A stretch of DNA of 64,000 bases from Antedon mediterranea (lineage: Eukaryota > Animalia > Echinodermata), in the NCBI RefSeq assembly GCF_964355755.1, contig NC_092678.1:18369365-18433364 (forward strand), written 5' to 3'. Under the pieces are notes generated by a model. The model did not search any database and had not been told where the DNA came from. It saw only the letters and a list, made by a program, of their open reading frames with translations. Of the stretch, positions 21,101-29,595 are shown piece after piece. Position 1 is the stretch's first letter; each line of letters starts with the position of its first letter. A program made the position numbers and the translations under genes.

Positions 21101-21353
21101 AAGACAGGTATTGGTATAGTTGACTGTAGTGCACTTTGCCCTGATACCTCAACACATATAAGAACTATATATAGGTCCCTGTCAATCATTATATATAACT
21201 TATACTTTACAATAATTTTTCTCTGTCTACAAAATGTATTAATATTTTTTTTTTCTTTCAAAGGATATAGAAATGCTATCTACTGAACTTTCCAGTCTTA
21301 GTAAATCGGATACAAACAGCCGGCCGGAAGATTCAACCAATGGAATGCCCTGA
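104..21353 (+). CDS. GRIPAP1: GRIP1-associated protein 1 (GRASP-1) orthologue, 5'-partial, 23 coding exons, about 640 aa, coiled coil
   Basis: Exons 104-149, 704-774, 1168-1215, 1615-1646, 2309-2356, 3856-3901, 4384-4437, 4564-4629, 5696-5788, 6333-6371, 7143-7334, 7710-7814, 8271-8303, 8613-8654, 13815-13928, 14267-14344, 15107-15202, 15570-15626, 15945-16157, 16986-17090, 17864-17960, 20154-20311, 21264-21353 have AG/GT boundaries and join in frame (1923 nt including TGA). Recalled GRIPAP1 motifs: LSEKVKKKQES, RKSMLDDLA, KGWFERRLQE, KDLKRQLKMERKRAEKLQERLQ, WTLEEKVRHLEESNSSMADDL, EMNHKLQIMLEETLTKNMHLQKDIEMLS. Confidence 0.92.
485..642 (+). repeat. Dispersed repeat with AATAAA/A tail (retroelement 3' fragment); second copy at about 2645-3795 is split by the Harbinger element
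   Basis: ACTCCCAAAGACTT...GATTGCCACCTTTGAGAAGGATAGTGAATG...TTTGCCTAAA aligns with both flanks of 2724-3725. Confidence 0.7.
704..774 (+). CDS. GRIPAP1: GRIPAP1 exon (ESQLKLDTESEENRLLKEQLQQLQ)
   Basis: tttttcag| ... CAG|gtaaa. Confidence 0.85.
1168..1215 (+). CDS. GRIPAP1: GRIPAP1 exon (DSHKSETTNKSDELNK)
   Basis: tatatag| ... AAG|gtttg; 48 nt, in frame. Confidence 0.8.
1615..1646 (+). CDS. GRIPAP1: GRIPAP1 exon (LSEKVKKKQE-S)
   Basis: tgtttag| ... AAG|gtaagt; matches the LSEKLKKKQES motif. Confidence 0.9.
2206..2251 (+). ncRNA. Minimal type I hammerhead ribozyme (Penelope/retrozyme type)
   Basis: CTGCA-CTGACGA-GATCT aaata AGATT-GAAAC-AGTACT-GTC-TGCAG: stem I CTGCA/TGCAG, intact CUGANGA and GAAA core, palindromic stem III, GUC cleavage triplet at 2244-2246. 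Confidence 0.8.
2309..2356 (+). CDS. GRIPAP1: GRIPAP1 exon (IIQLQNEREDLYNDM-K)
   Basis: ttttacag| ... AA|gtaagt; phase 2-2. Confidence 0.88.
2724..3725 (+). mobile_element. Non-autonomous PIF/Harbinger element with a decayed Myb/SANT-like ORF
   Basis: TIRs of about 36 bp (GGG(CC/TA)TGTTCAGACCTACGGAGTTAT), TAA TSD; frameshifted ORF from 3096 reads TRTEVKYLISLWG...NIQTKLKG.SYKAAKDRVNKSGAG...FEHFSAINDILVHRP. Confidence 0.88.
3856..3901 (+). CDS. GRIPAP1: GRIPAP1 exon (KKLDDLQESKDKEVT)
   Basis: attacag| ... ACA|gtaagt; phase 2-0. Confidence 0.82.
4055..4189. mobile_element. Harbinger/Tourist-like MITE
   Basis: TIR GCTTGGTTCCCACTAG...CTAGTGGGAACCAAGC; same family as 26825. Confidence 0.75.
4384..4437 (+). 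CDS. GRIPAP1: GRIPAP1 exon (ELNEQKNRIQIQLAKSDK)
   Basis: tttttag| ... AAG|gtaaa. Confidence 0.82.
4564..4629 (+). CDS. GRIPAP1: GRIPAP1 exon (TLTAYQEKIQVLENSIATLNDQ)
   Basis: ttgttag| ... CAG|gtatt. Confidence 0.8.
5136..5442 (+). mobile_element. tRNA-derived SINE
   Basis: A box TGGCGCAGTG, B box GGTTCGAATCC, central CTCTCCACCCAGGTGTATAAATGGGTACC, (TAT)n tail; close inverted copy at 19391-19700. Confidence 0.85.
5696..5788 (+). CDS. GRIPAP1: GRIPAP1 exon (VVAQGSINVGKMEQIQTDNSRLTAELQASQQ)
   Basis: aattag| ... CAG|gtact. Confidence 0.8.
6333..6371 (+). CDS. GRIPAP1: GRIPAP1 exon (LQNSSQEEVNKLK)
   Basis: ttgtag| ... AAG|gttagt. Confidence 0.78.
6500..6990 (-). mobile_element. CR1/L2-clade LINE 3' fragment (end of ORF2)
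   Basis: Minus strand at about 6932-6805 reads FFNIFYTDSITRGHNLKLYKPVMKKVLELRKHPFSLRIINHW, the TRGH..KL.K...R...FS.R....W motif at the CR1 ORF2 C-terminus; boundaries approximate. Confidence 0.75.
7143..7334 (+). CDS. GRIPAP1: GRIPAP1 exon (ALNASIKNQ...DLQESNK)
   Basis: ttctgtag| ... AAG|gtatga; coincides with the coiled-coil ORF 7146-7340. Confidence 0.88.
7710..7814 (+). CDS. GRIPAP1: GRIPAP1 exon (IADNRKSMLDDLAIQ...SKYQ)
   Basis: ttttaaag| ... CAG|gtata; RKxMLDxLA motif. Confidence 0.88.
7955..8120. mobile_element. MITE family with TIR AGCTCTGTCTACACTATCAAACT and internal AAATATGGTAGTGATATG repeats
   Basis: Related copies at about 1325-1441, 19306-19749 (interrupted by a SINE), 48689-48841 and 49063-49175; TAA/TTA-like flanks suggest Harbinger type. 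Confidence 0.7.
8271..8303 (+). CDS. GRIPAP1: GRIPAP1 exon (DEIDELNKLHE)
   Basis: aatgtag| ... GAG|gtact. Confidence 0.75.
8613..8654 (+). CDS. GRIPAP1: GRIPAP1 exon (KEITKVQEQLKGEK)
   Basis: tttatag| ... AAG|gtatgt. Confidence 0.8.
8660..9493. repeat. 15-bp minisatellite (TTGGCCTGTACTCCA)n, left part, about 55 units
   Basis: Directly visible; it generates the repetitive ORFs in the ORF track. Confidence 0.97.
11069..12702. mobile_element. Foldback/Mutator-like element with tandem-repeat TIRs (GGACAACTACCCCCC)n, nested
   Basis: C-rich 15-16-bp repeats at 11077-11330 mirrored by G-rich repeats at 12410-12695; flanks cCTAAAAAC (11060-11068) and gCTAAAAAC (12703-12711), 8/9 match. Confidence 0.8.
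11397..11822. mobile_element. Mutator-like MITE with internal 21-22-bp repeats (GGGTCTCCCTTTTCGTATA), nested
   Basis: TIR GGGTGTTTCGAAACTAGAGACCCGAGACCAGAGACC; 9-bp TSD GTTTTTAAC (11388-11396 and 11823-11831). Confidence 0.88.
13455..13725. repeat. 15-bp minisatellite, right part
   Basis: Same unit as 8660-9493, resuming in register after the TSD. Confidence 0.95.
13815..13928 (+). CDS. GRIPAP1: GRIPAP1 exon (EKREALEPLK...KGWFERRLQEIE)
   Basis: ttttacag| ... GAG|gtata; KGWFERRL motif. Confidence 0.92.
14267..14344 (+). CDS. GRIPAP1: GRIPAP1 exon (EEFKKTVESHEQKVGDLNKTIEEQDN)
   Basis: tttttag| ... AAT|gtgag. Confidence 0.8.
14599..14743. repeat. 29-bp tandem repeat x5 (AGGTYGAACTTATTTCCATTGTGGYCCTT) next to a probable LINE 3' tail remnant
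   Basis: Five visible units; a related single motif occurs near 49580-49605. Confidence 0.85.
15107..15202 (+). CDS. GRIPAP1: GRIPAP1 exon (DFKEQLNKHK...IDELKQ)
   Basis: ttgttag| ... CAG|gtaaa. Confidence 0.85.
15315..15531 (+). mobile_element. 5'-truncated tRNA-derived SINE, possibly with an RTE-like tail
   Basis: B box GGTTCAATTCC, central CAGTCTACTCAGCTATAAATGAGTACC, tail GGAAAGGAACTGGCCATCCTACC...TATGGGACTTACC. Confidence 0.6.
15570..15626 (+). CDS. GRIPAP1: GRIPAP1 exon (HAIDSIEERKISEKKGITM)
   Basis: tttttag| ... ATG|gtaaa; IxEKKG motif. Confidence 0.88.
15945..16157 (+). CDS. GRIPAP1: GRIPAP1 exon (VKDLKRQLKMERKRAEKLQERLQ...DNTQ)
   Basis: tttacag| ... CAG|gtaaa; strongly conserved motif. 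Confidence 0.93.
16262..17000 (+). repeat. 79-bp tandem repeat (about 9.5 units) spanning a GRIPAP1 splice acceptor
   Basis: TTTTTCAG recurs with the C at 16272, 16351, 16430, 16509, 16588, 16667, 16746, 16825, 16904, 16983. Confidence 0.95.
16986..17090 (+). CDS. GRIPAP1: GRIPAP1 exon (SPEVSIVGGSLSDETTELIARITELQQTNWTLEEK)
   Basis: Acceptor is the last unit of the 79-bp array; AAG|gtaag donor. Confidence 0.87.
17281..17641 (-). mobile_element. Deu-domain tRNA-derived SINE with (CAAT)n-type tail; partial copies at about 20323-20545 and 23318-23490
   Basis: Minus strand: GGGTGAGTGGCCGAGCGGTTAAG head, GGTTCGAG B box, then GTCTTCTCGGATAAGGACTATAAACCGTAGGTCC...TTAAAGAACC...GAGTAGGGGTTACCCCGGTG, resembling the DeuSINE/AmnSINE domain as recalled. 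Confidence 0.82.
17864..17960 (+). CDS. GRIPAP1: GRIPAP1 exon (VRHLEESNSSMADDLLKKTAIIETHVMERRTL)
   Basis: catatag| ... TGG|gtaagt; donor is the first unit of the 52-bp array. Confidence 0.92.
17916..19182 (+). repeat. 52-bp tandem repeat (24 units) spanning a GRIPAP1 splice donor
   Basis: GG|GTAAGT at 17961 + 52n up to 19157; the unit at 18169 is mutated to ATAAGT. Confidence 0.97.
19391..19700 (-). mobile_element. tRNA-derived SINE, same family as 5136-5442, inserted in a MITE
   Basis: Reverse complement of the same head and body, with a different 3' tail. Confidence 0.85.
20154..20311 (+). CDS. GRIPAP1: GRIPAP1 exon (DPSRTAT...EMNHKLQIMLEETLTKNMHLQK)
   Basis: ttgtag| ... AAG|gtaac; phase 1 start matches the previous exon. 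Confidence 0.93.
20942..21126. mobile_element. Tc1/mariner (pogo-like) MITE
   Basis: TA|CAGTCAACT...AGTTGACTG|TA; related fragments at about 5005-5115, 57985-58045 and 62262-63330. Confidence 0.78.
21264..21353 (+). CDS. GRIPAP1: GRIPAP1 last coding exon (DIEMLSTELSSLSK...GMP*)
   Basis: Polypyrimidine tract ttttctttcaaag|; TGA at 21351-21353. Confidence 0.88.
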   Translation, partial: DIEMLSTELSSLSKSDTNSRPEDSTNGMP

Positions 21354-21549
21354 TGTATTATTGTCAACGCTGTTTGTGGTTACAATTCCTGCAATTAGTT
21401 CCAGTAAGTTCTTCCAGTGTATTAGTATACGCCACTCAGTTTTGTGAATACTGAAAAGAGTAAATATTGTGTCTATATTTATGTAATCTTTGCTATGTAT
21501 TATATAAAGAAAAGAGCTATGTATAGTGATAGTATTGTATGAAATATGT

Positions 21550-21787
21550 AACCAGTGTCCCCTTAATAGGTATGTCCTCTTCATAGGGATGTCCTTTGAA
21601 TAAGGATTGGTTTAAAAACAAATACAGGAGAACCCCAGGTAAGCATTTTGGCCTTAACAATGTGTCCCCTTAATAGGGGTGTCCCCTAAATAGGGGTTGG
21701 CATAATGTTAAAACATATATTTCCCCTTGTTTGTTTCACAGGAAAGTGTCCCTTTAATATGGTTTCTTAAAGAGGCATTCCACTGTA
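21550..21787. mobile_element. Decayed Tc1/pogo-like MITE fragments with GTGTCCCCTTAATAGG repeats
   Basis: Ends TTCCACTG|TA; the motif recurs at about 22490-22530, 22975-23060 and 23500-23610. Confidence 0.55.
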
Positions 21788-21799
21788 TATATTTTCGGA

Positions 21800-22498
21800 A
21801 TATGGCTTGGAGTTTTTATAATTCAGAAAATTTGGAACCAGAATATACAGAAAGAAAGTTAGTTTTGAGTCGTGCTGATGAGGAAAAAAGAAGAACATTC
21901 TCGAGCATAACATTAACAAGCCGTCGTGGTGTACTTGCGGCCAGTGTATCTGTACTGTATGCCTTACTAGGCCTAGAACTCGTGTTGAACGAAAATAAAG
22001 TAGACACTGCATCGTCAACCAACAGCCTCCGTTTGGAAGGTTTGCCAGTTAATTTCCCTACCAAATCCCGTTTGAAACAGCTAGGCAATAAAAGTAACAA
22101 TAGATTAACAATAGCTGAAAGATTTACGAATTGGCTTGCAGAAGAAAAGATCGATCGAAGGTTTGTTTACCAAGCCAGCGCATGCTCATACCGTGTCATC
22201 GCCGTACTGCATGACCGCATGTCGCGTTATTAGCCAATCATATTAGCGGATTCGCTTAGCCAATAGAAGCGTCGAGTGCAACGGCGAATCTTAACATTTT
22301 TGTCGACCGTATCTGACGTCACAAACAGGCTGCCATGAGCACAAGATGGCGATTTTCAAATGTCTTGAAAACAGCTTTCAAATCCTGTTTACTAGAAAAC
22401 TACAAATCCGATTTAAACATAAATTGTTCTGAATATTAAGTTGGTAGGGTTACTTTTATAATAGTTAGGTAAGATATTAGGGTGTTCCTTTCCTTTAA
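21800..22498 (-). mobile_element. DNA transposon remnant with a THAP-like C-terminal motif (possibly Kolobok)
   Basis: Minus ORF PSCFKRDLVGKLTGKPSKRRLLVDDAVSTLF resembles the THAP AVPTIF box; the right end reads ...TTCCT|TTAA; left end not defined. Confidence 0.5.
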
Positions 22499-23869
22499 TA
22501 GAGGTGTCCCAAATGATGGGTTCTCCTGTGTTTTTGACTTCGCCTTAGTTACCATTTGCCAGATGTACTGCACCAATCACAACAGATTTTGTCGCATAAG
22601 TGATTCAAAGTGTTCACAATTCTGATTGGTTTGCAGTCCTCTTCAGACAATTCCAATGTTCAAGTATAATTTTAACCTTGAATTCTCGTCGTTGAGAGTT
22701 AAAACGATAGCATTGTATTCACTAATTTTCTATTGCCAACTCTGAAGTATTCGCTTAATGTTTCAAAACTAACTGTCCGCCTCAGTGGCCAATTGTTCAT
22801 CACAGAGGGCAATTGTTCGTTGCAGTTGACAGTTGTCCGTTGCAGTTGACAATTGCCTGTTGCAGTGGGAAATTCTCTGTTGCAGTCGGCAATTGTCAAA
22901 AGAGGAATTTTGTTGAAGTTTTTTCCCCTTTTGGCTTAAAAGGTATTTAACAATGTTATTATCAAATAGAGTAAAACCCCTTAATAGGGAGAGACCTTCA
23001 AGGCCCAACAAAGTGTCCTCAGAATTTGTGTTGCCCAGAGTGTTTTTTTGGGTTGTCCTGTATTTTTGTAAATTTAATGGTTAATGGATCAAATAAGAAG
23101 AAAAATATACAGTATAATTTTGTATTGTGTAATTGTTGCCAGCAATCAAAGAATGTGAAACTTTAAATAATTTTTAGGTTAGATGGATGTAAGAGGTTGG
23201 TTAAGTTTTTATGAAATAATTGGAACTTGTTAATTAAATAGATCTTCATCGTCGTAAGGTCCACAATCAACAAATTGATTATTACGGAACTAGACTACAA
23301 GGCATACGTAGCATAAGTAGTGGCTGTGTGTGACAGTGGCTCTGTGGACTAGTAAACCGGGTAACACTCATCTCGAAAAGTGTACTAGGTTTTTTAAAGT
23401 GCACATGAGCATTTTGTGCATACTAGACCTATGGTTTATAGTCCTTATCCAAGAAGACTCGTTCTACCACCAGAACCATGGAGCCAGTGAGACCCAACAA
23501 AGTCTCCTCAGAATTGGTGTTGGCCAGAGTGTTAAAACAACCTTAACAGGGGTGTAACCTTAATAGAGGTGTAACCTTAACAGGGGTGTAACCTTAATAG
23601 GGGTGTAATCAAAGGAGGGATTCTTAGCAATTATTATCCCACCGTTTTAACCAACCTTAATATATGCATACAAATTAGTTTGATAGAGTACACTAGCCTG
23701 GCATATATGCATAAGTTGTCATTTCTGTATAATTTCAACAGGATCACCATTTTTTTAATCAACTCATTGTTATTGGTAAGAGACAAGTTAGAATTTAATT
23801 AAATTCCTGATCATGATTAATATAATCATTACCGTTTTTTTATATTTTAATTATATTAATGTATATTTT

Positions 23870-24360
23870 AAGAATTGTATTATTATGATGATAATTCAGT
23901 GAATATTATATAATATATGTTGTGCTATGGTGGATGGTAAACAAAAAATGTGTAAACATTTGTATGTATTTTCGAATTCGTAGTCCTAGCGACAATTTGT
24001 TTACATTAAATTTATTTTATTAAAAATTGTATTATGATGATAATTCAGTGAATATATGTTGTGCTATGGTGGATGATAAACAAAAAATGTGTAAACATTT
24101 GTATGTATTTTTGAATTCGTAATCCTGGCGACAATTTGTTTACATTAAATTTATTTTATTCAAAATTGTATTATGATGATAATTCAGTGAATATTATATA
24201 AAATATGTTGTGCTATGGTGGATGGTAAACGAAACATTTGTAAAGATTTGTATGTATTTTCGAATTCGTAGTCCCGACGACAATTTGTTTACCTGTGTTT
24301 GTATTTTTGAGTTAGTAGTCCTGGGGAAAGCTTGTGTGCATTAATTTTATTTTATTCAAA
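23870..24360. repeat. About 140-150-bp tandem triplication
   Basis: ATGATGATAATTCAGTGAATAT...TGTTGTGCTATGGTGGATG...CGACAATTTGTTTAC three times. Confidence 0.9.
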
Positions 24361-24656
24361 ATGATAACAGACCTTAAATATTGGAACGATCAATTACTTA
24401 TTTATACAATGAGTATAAAATAATTAAAACTGGTGCATAATTTTTTTTTTTTCAAAAACTAAAGGTAGACTAGAAATCAAACAATTGCGAATTGTTTTTA
24501 TTATTTCGAAGATTACATTCATTAACCAAAAATATAATTGTCTCGGATGTGTACATTAAAATCGATGGATATAATAGTCGTTTGTGGTTTGTCAACTCAA
24601 CCAGAAATTTGTCGAAAAAATACATTTTTTTGGTTTACAAAAATAGAGACTCACAT

Positions 24657-25648
24657 AGCCAAATGGGAGTGGAAGGTGCCCCTCTCAAAGCCAGATAGCT
24701 AAATGGTAGTGGAAGGTGCCCCTCTCAAAGCCAAATAGCTAAATGGGAGTAGAAGATTCCCCTCTCAAAGCCAGATAGCTAAATGGGAGTGGAAGATGCC
24801 CCTCTCAAAGCCAGATAGCTAAATGGGAGTGGAAGGTGCCTCTCTCAAAGCCAGATAGCTAAATGGGAGTGGAAGATGCCCCTCTCAAAGCCAGATAGCT
24901 AAATGGGAGTGGAAGATGCCCCTCTCAAAGCCAGATAGCTAAATGGGAGTGGAAGATGCCCCTCTCAAAGCCAGATAGCTAAATGGGAGTGGAAGATGCC
25001 CCTCTCAAAGCCAAATAGGTAAATGGGATTGAAAGGTGCCCCTCTCAAAGCCAGATAGCTAAATGGGAGTGGAAGATGCCCCTCTCAAAGCCAAATAGGT
25101 AAATGGGATTGAAAGGTGCCCCTCTCAAAGCCAGATAGCTAAATGGGAGTGGAAGATGCCCCTCTCAAAGCCAAATAGGTAAATGGGATTGAAAGGTGCC
25201 CCTCTCAAAGCCAGATAGCTAAATGGGAGTGGAAGATGCCCCTCTCAAAGCCAAATAGGTAAATGGGATTGAAAGGTGCCCCTCTCAAAGCCAGATAGCT
25301 AAATGGGAGTGGAAGATGCCCCTCTCAAAGCCAAATAGGTAAAGGGGATTGAAAGATGCCCCTCTCAAAGCCAAATAGCTAAATGGGAGTGGAAGATGCC
25401 CCTCTCAAAGCCAAATAGGTAAAGGGGATTGAAAGGTGCCCCTCTCAAAGCCAGATAGCTAAATGGGAGTGGAAGATGCCCCTCTCAAAGCCAAATAGGT
25501 AAAGGGGATTGAAAGATGCCCCTCTCAAAGCCAAATAGCTAAATGGGAGTGGAAGATGCCCCTCTCAAAGCCAAATAGCTAAAGGGGAGTCGAAGGTACA
25601 ACTTTGAAAGCCAACTGGCTAAAGGGGAGTGGAAGGTGCCCTCTCAAA
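24657..25648. repeat. 40-bp minisatellite, about 25 units, with an 80-bp higher-order alternation
   Basis: AGCTAAATGGGAGTGGAAGATGCCCCTCTCAAAGCCAGAT; A/B variants alternate from about 24980. Confidence 0.96.
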
Positions 25649-26824
25649 CGGCATTTTGATCATGTCTTTTAGGAAGAGATAGAGTAACATATTTTGGGAT
25701 AGTTTTATTTTAATAGGCGTTTGATGAAAACAAAAACTTTATTTTATATTAATTTTCATCTTTAAAAATAATCTGGTCTCCTTCAAAATGATTAATTTTC
25801 ATTTCAATTTCATCTTACTTTATTCCTAGAAAAAATACATACAGAAAAAAATACACAAACTAATAATTATATGACAAATTAATATATGAGATGACAAAAA
25901 ATCAAAAGCTCGTTCCAATTTTATAATTAATAATAATTACAGCATCCGGTATGAAATTCATTTTTTTTATCATTTTGATCATGCTCCAATTGTGTCAGAA
26001 GATTATGCAAATTACCGTTTTATCAGCGACATCACACTACCTCATAAATATTCATAAGTCATATTAACGATATTATTTATTGCTTTATGAATATTTATGA
26101 TGCAATGCAATCACATTGTTAAATTTTATCTCGCAGGTTTTGTACGAAATCCTTAATATTGAACGTTAAAGAACAGATTTACAAATCAAATATTCGTATT
26201 AGATTACCATGTGCTGATATATGTCTATATATCATACGCTATGAAAAAGCTAGAAAAGGGTTAGAATAATGGAAAAAGATTGACTTATTGTTTGATGTGG
26301 GGGATCCAAAAGGTCTAGATTATAATGTATAAATCTATGCTATATCTCATATTTTATTTTGTAAATGAACACATATAATGAAACTCGAAATCGGTCACTG
26401 ATATATTGGAAATTATTTGACGAGGAAATCTGGGAGAATGAGAAAATCCCAATCGAGATTTGAACCCGGAAACTTCTGTATGATATGCTCTACCATTATC
26501 ATATCTGTTTAATATTTCTATTCTATATTAAAACGTTGAAATACGTCATGTAATATATATATATATATTTTGTTATTAATAAATACCCGTTTAAAGCCCC
26601 ATGTATGTTTAGTTAATACAGCATTGCCCTATAGATTTATTTGATAATGATATGATAAACTATTGATGAATTCAGGTCGTATGTGTATATTTGTGTATTT
26701 TCTGCGAAAACAGAAGTGTAAACTTCTCTATGCAGGATTCTTGCCATCATTTATGCTATGAAACTATATTTATAAAGGATGAGTAAATAAATGTGAATAT
26801 GAAACGTTAGAGAACCATTATTAA

Positions 26825-27061
26825 AGCTTGGTTCCCACTAGAACGTAACGCAATGACGTAAACGCAACGCAAGCGTTTAAACCAATGACAAGAGATGTTA
26901 TAGACAGTTAGCAATCACAAGCGAATAAGCCATCGCTTGTGATTGGTCAATTCACTTGCGTTGCGTTACGTCCTTGCGTTGCGTCGCTAGTGGAAACCAC
27001 GCTTTATTAGTGACGGTTCGGATGATTACGTCCTTGCGTTGCGTCTAGTGGGAACCAAGCA
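26825..27061. mobile_element. Harbinger/Tourist-like MITE (26825-27003) plus a second 3' end
   Basis: TAA|AGCTTGGTTCCCACTAG...CTAGTGGAAACCACGCT|TTA; another CTAGTGGGAACCAAGC ends at 27060. Confidence 0.78.
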
Positions 27062-29595
27062 TTAGTATAGAAACAGAATAGGGATTAGTCTGGACATTAT
27101 ATTTCCCTAATTATACAACTTCAAAATGATGCCAAAAGAGACAGTATGTTATATTACTGTCAGTTAGACGGATCGAAATACATAAGTACATAAATAGTTA
27201 TTATTTGATTGCATTGGACAGGTACTTACGTGGAGAAGACTGCAGTGTAAAATTGTTCAAATTGTCGAAGTTATAAGTACCATTTTTAACTGTCGGTCAT
27301 TTCATCAGACCCATACGTTCGGAAGGTTAATACGTTTTCGTTAGATTCCCCCTTGAGAATAATAATATTGGATATTGTAATTTATAATGGCAATTCGTTA
27401 TGTTGAACATGTCCGTCCATATCTATGTAATTTGAATTTGGTGAACCGGAAAAGTATGGTTAAGTCCCAGACCACCGAACCGTAATCAAACACGCGTGGA
27501 TACGAACTGTGTTTTTTTGGTCTCATAAAACTTGAATCGAATCCCCCTGCCCCCACCACTACCACCACACATACGGAATCTGCTTTCTCTTGTGTAGTTC
27601 ATGACCTAATGTCCACAGTTTCAATAACAATAGAAACACCGTATTTTTTATTGTGATTTACTGTGCAAATCGGTCAAAGGTTATTAATAATTTGAATACT
27701 ATGTACAACAGGTGATGAGTTGATACAACAGTACCTGTAGCTTATTAAGAGTGTTTATGTCTTTGAAAGAATTTTTACTTCAGGTAAGTGACTTTCTGTT
27801 GTTTGTAGTGCATATTTACATTTACTACTGTGGCAATAAACCAGTATGATATTAGGGCCTAATATTAAACCGGTGGAATGTTATGTAAGAATGACTTGGC
27901 CAGTGGCGTAAAGTATGGGTCAAAGGCTCTGGGGAGTCACCAGATATGGTAACATTAAATTGAACTATCCAGTTTTGCTAAATTAAAAAAAAAAATAGGT
28001 TTTTTTTTTTTACACATTTAAATTTTTGTAGATTATATTCAACCAAATGTTATATTCGAAATGTCTGTATCTGTGCTTAAACAACCACGTGACAATAACA
28101 AGTCTTTCCTTCCACGTTTTTAAAGTGTAGTAACTGTACCATAGGGCCAACTATGTATTGGCAATGTCTGTAACATAGACAATACTATTGTTATAACGAT
28201 CCAATATGATAATAAATAGATGCGGTACCGGTTACTTTTATTCTACACTGTAGACCTATATTAGCCACAACGTGCTGGTAGCAACTAACCCTTTACGAAT
28301 GCATTTTATTTGTTGACAATATCAACAGGTAACCAAACATGCATTTTGTTTTTGTAAATGCATAGCTGTAGCCTTAGACAAAATCTTATTTGAATAACAT
28401 AATTTGTAAGTCATATCACCGATTTTGTCCAATAAGGTTTTCTTATTTATATTGTAGTGTGCAAACTTGAGACTTACTTATTAGGCATGTGGACAGTGCA
28501 TAGAAAGTTATACAATAAACACTTTTGTAAAATCAAACTGCTATGTGTATAATACAGAATTTTGTTGAACACGCGAGAGAACAGTTGATTTAAAGTAGAT
28601 TTAATTGTAATAAAAGGCTAGAAGGCGACAGTAAAACGGACTACGTTAAGGTTGATCAACTCACAGCATGTGCAATTCAAATGTTATTGGTAATCACATT
28701 TTTAAATTGTCCTTTAGTGGTTAAAAATTGACACCCAGTGTAATTTTGTTAACATTTTGTCTCATCGAGTATTCGATTTGTGGAAAGGCAATCAATGTAC
28801 AGATATTAATTTGGGATGAAAGTATATGTATAAATTAGAAATGTTTTAACATTTTAAACAAGCAACTAATTCATATTATGAACGGCCTTGAAACGTTGAA
28901 ACATCGGTTACCGTCTGTGATCACCAAAGTACTATTGAATTTTACGGAATCCCCTGCATCTAGTATCTGCCTCAGACCTATCTATTTATACCTGGTTATG
29001 CATTACGTCATTTATCAATTACTCACGCAGTGTAACTAGCGCCATCACATAAGTAATTTGAAGAAAAAAAGACGGGGAACAGAAATGTTGCCTGTGCCAA
29101 TAAAACTGGCTTAAATGCCTTTTTTTTTTTAAATAATGCTATACTTACAGACAGACTATGGTTCATGTCTGTTAGTATCGTTGATTATTATGCGATACTG
29201 CTCTCAACGTTTGAAAGCGTTAAGTAGCCAATGCCCTACTATAATTGACATTAGCAACGGGTCATATCTTTTGAAATCGATTAAAGTGACGTAATACGAG
29301 AGTTAACGATCTGTAAATTGCCCGATAATTCGTGTTGTGTTTTGATAATGACAGTATGTGATGACAAGTTCTGTAAAATTGAGTATACTCTAGATCAATG
29401 ATTACATATCGTATTATGAGCCACAAACGAATAATTTAACGTTGGTCAAACATAAGTGCTGCGTGGTCAGAATAATGATTAAATTCAACATTTAGAAATG
29501 AATAATCCAAGGAAAAGGGTAACTTTCTCACATCCAAGTTTCCATGGCTGATGATGTCTGTGTTCAATATTGATATCAATATCTTATCAGTGGCC

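Noticed and set aside
21727-22233. 168-aa plus-strand ORF
   Set aside because: It spans MITE and transposon fragments; the only motif-like signal is on the opposite strand.
17916-25648. 52-bp and 40-bp arrays (and the 79-bp array) as CRISPR arrays
   Set aside because: Head-to-tail units with no unique spacers, no cas genes, and a eukaryotic context.
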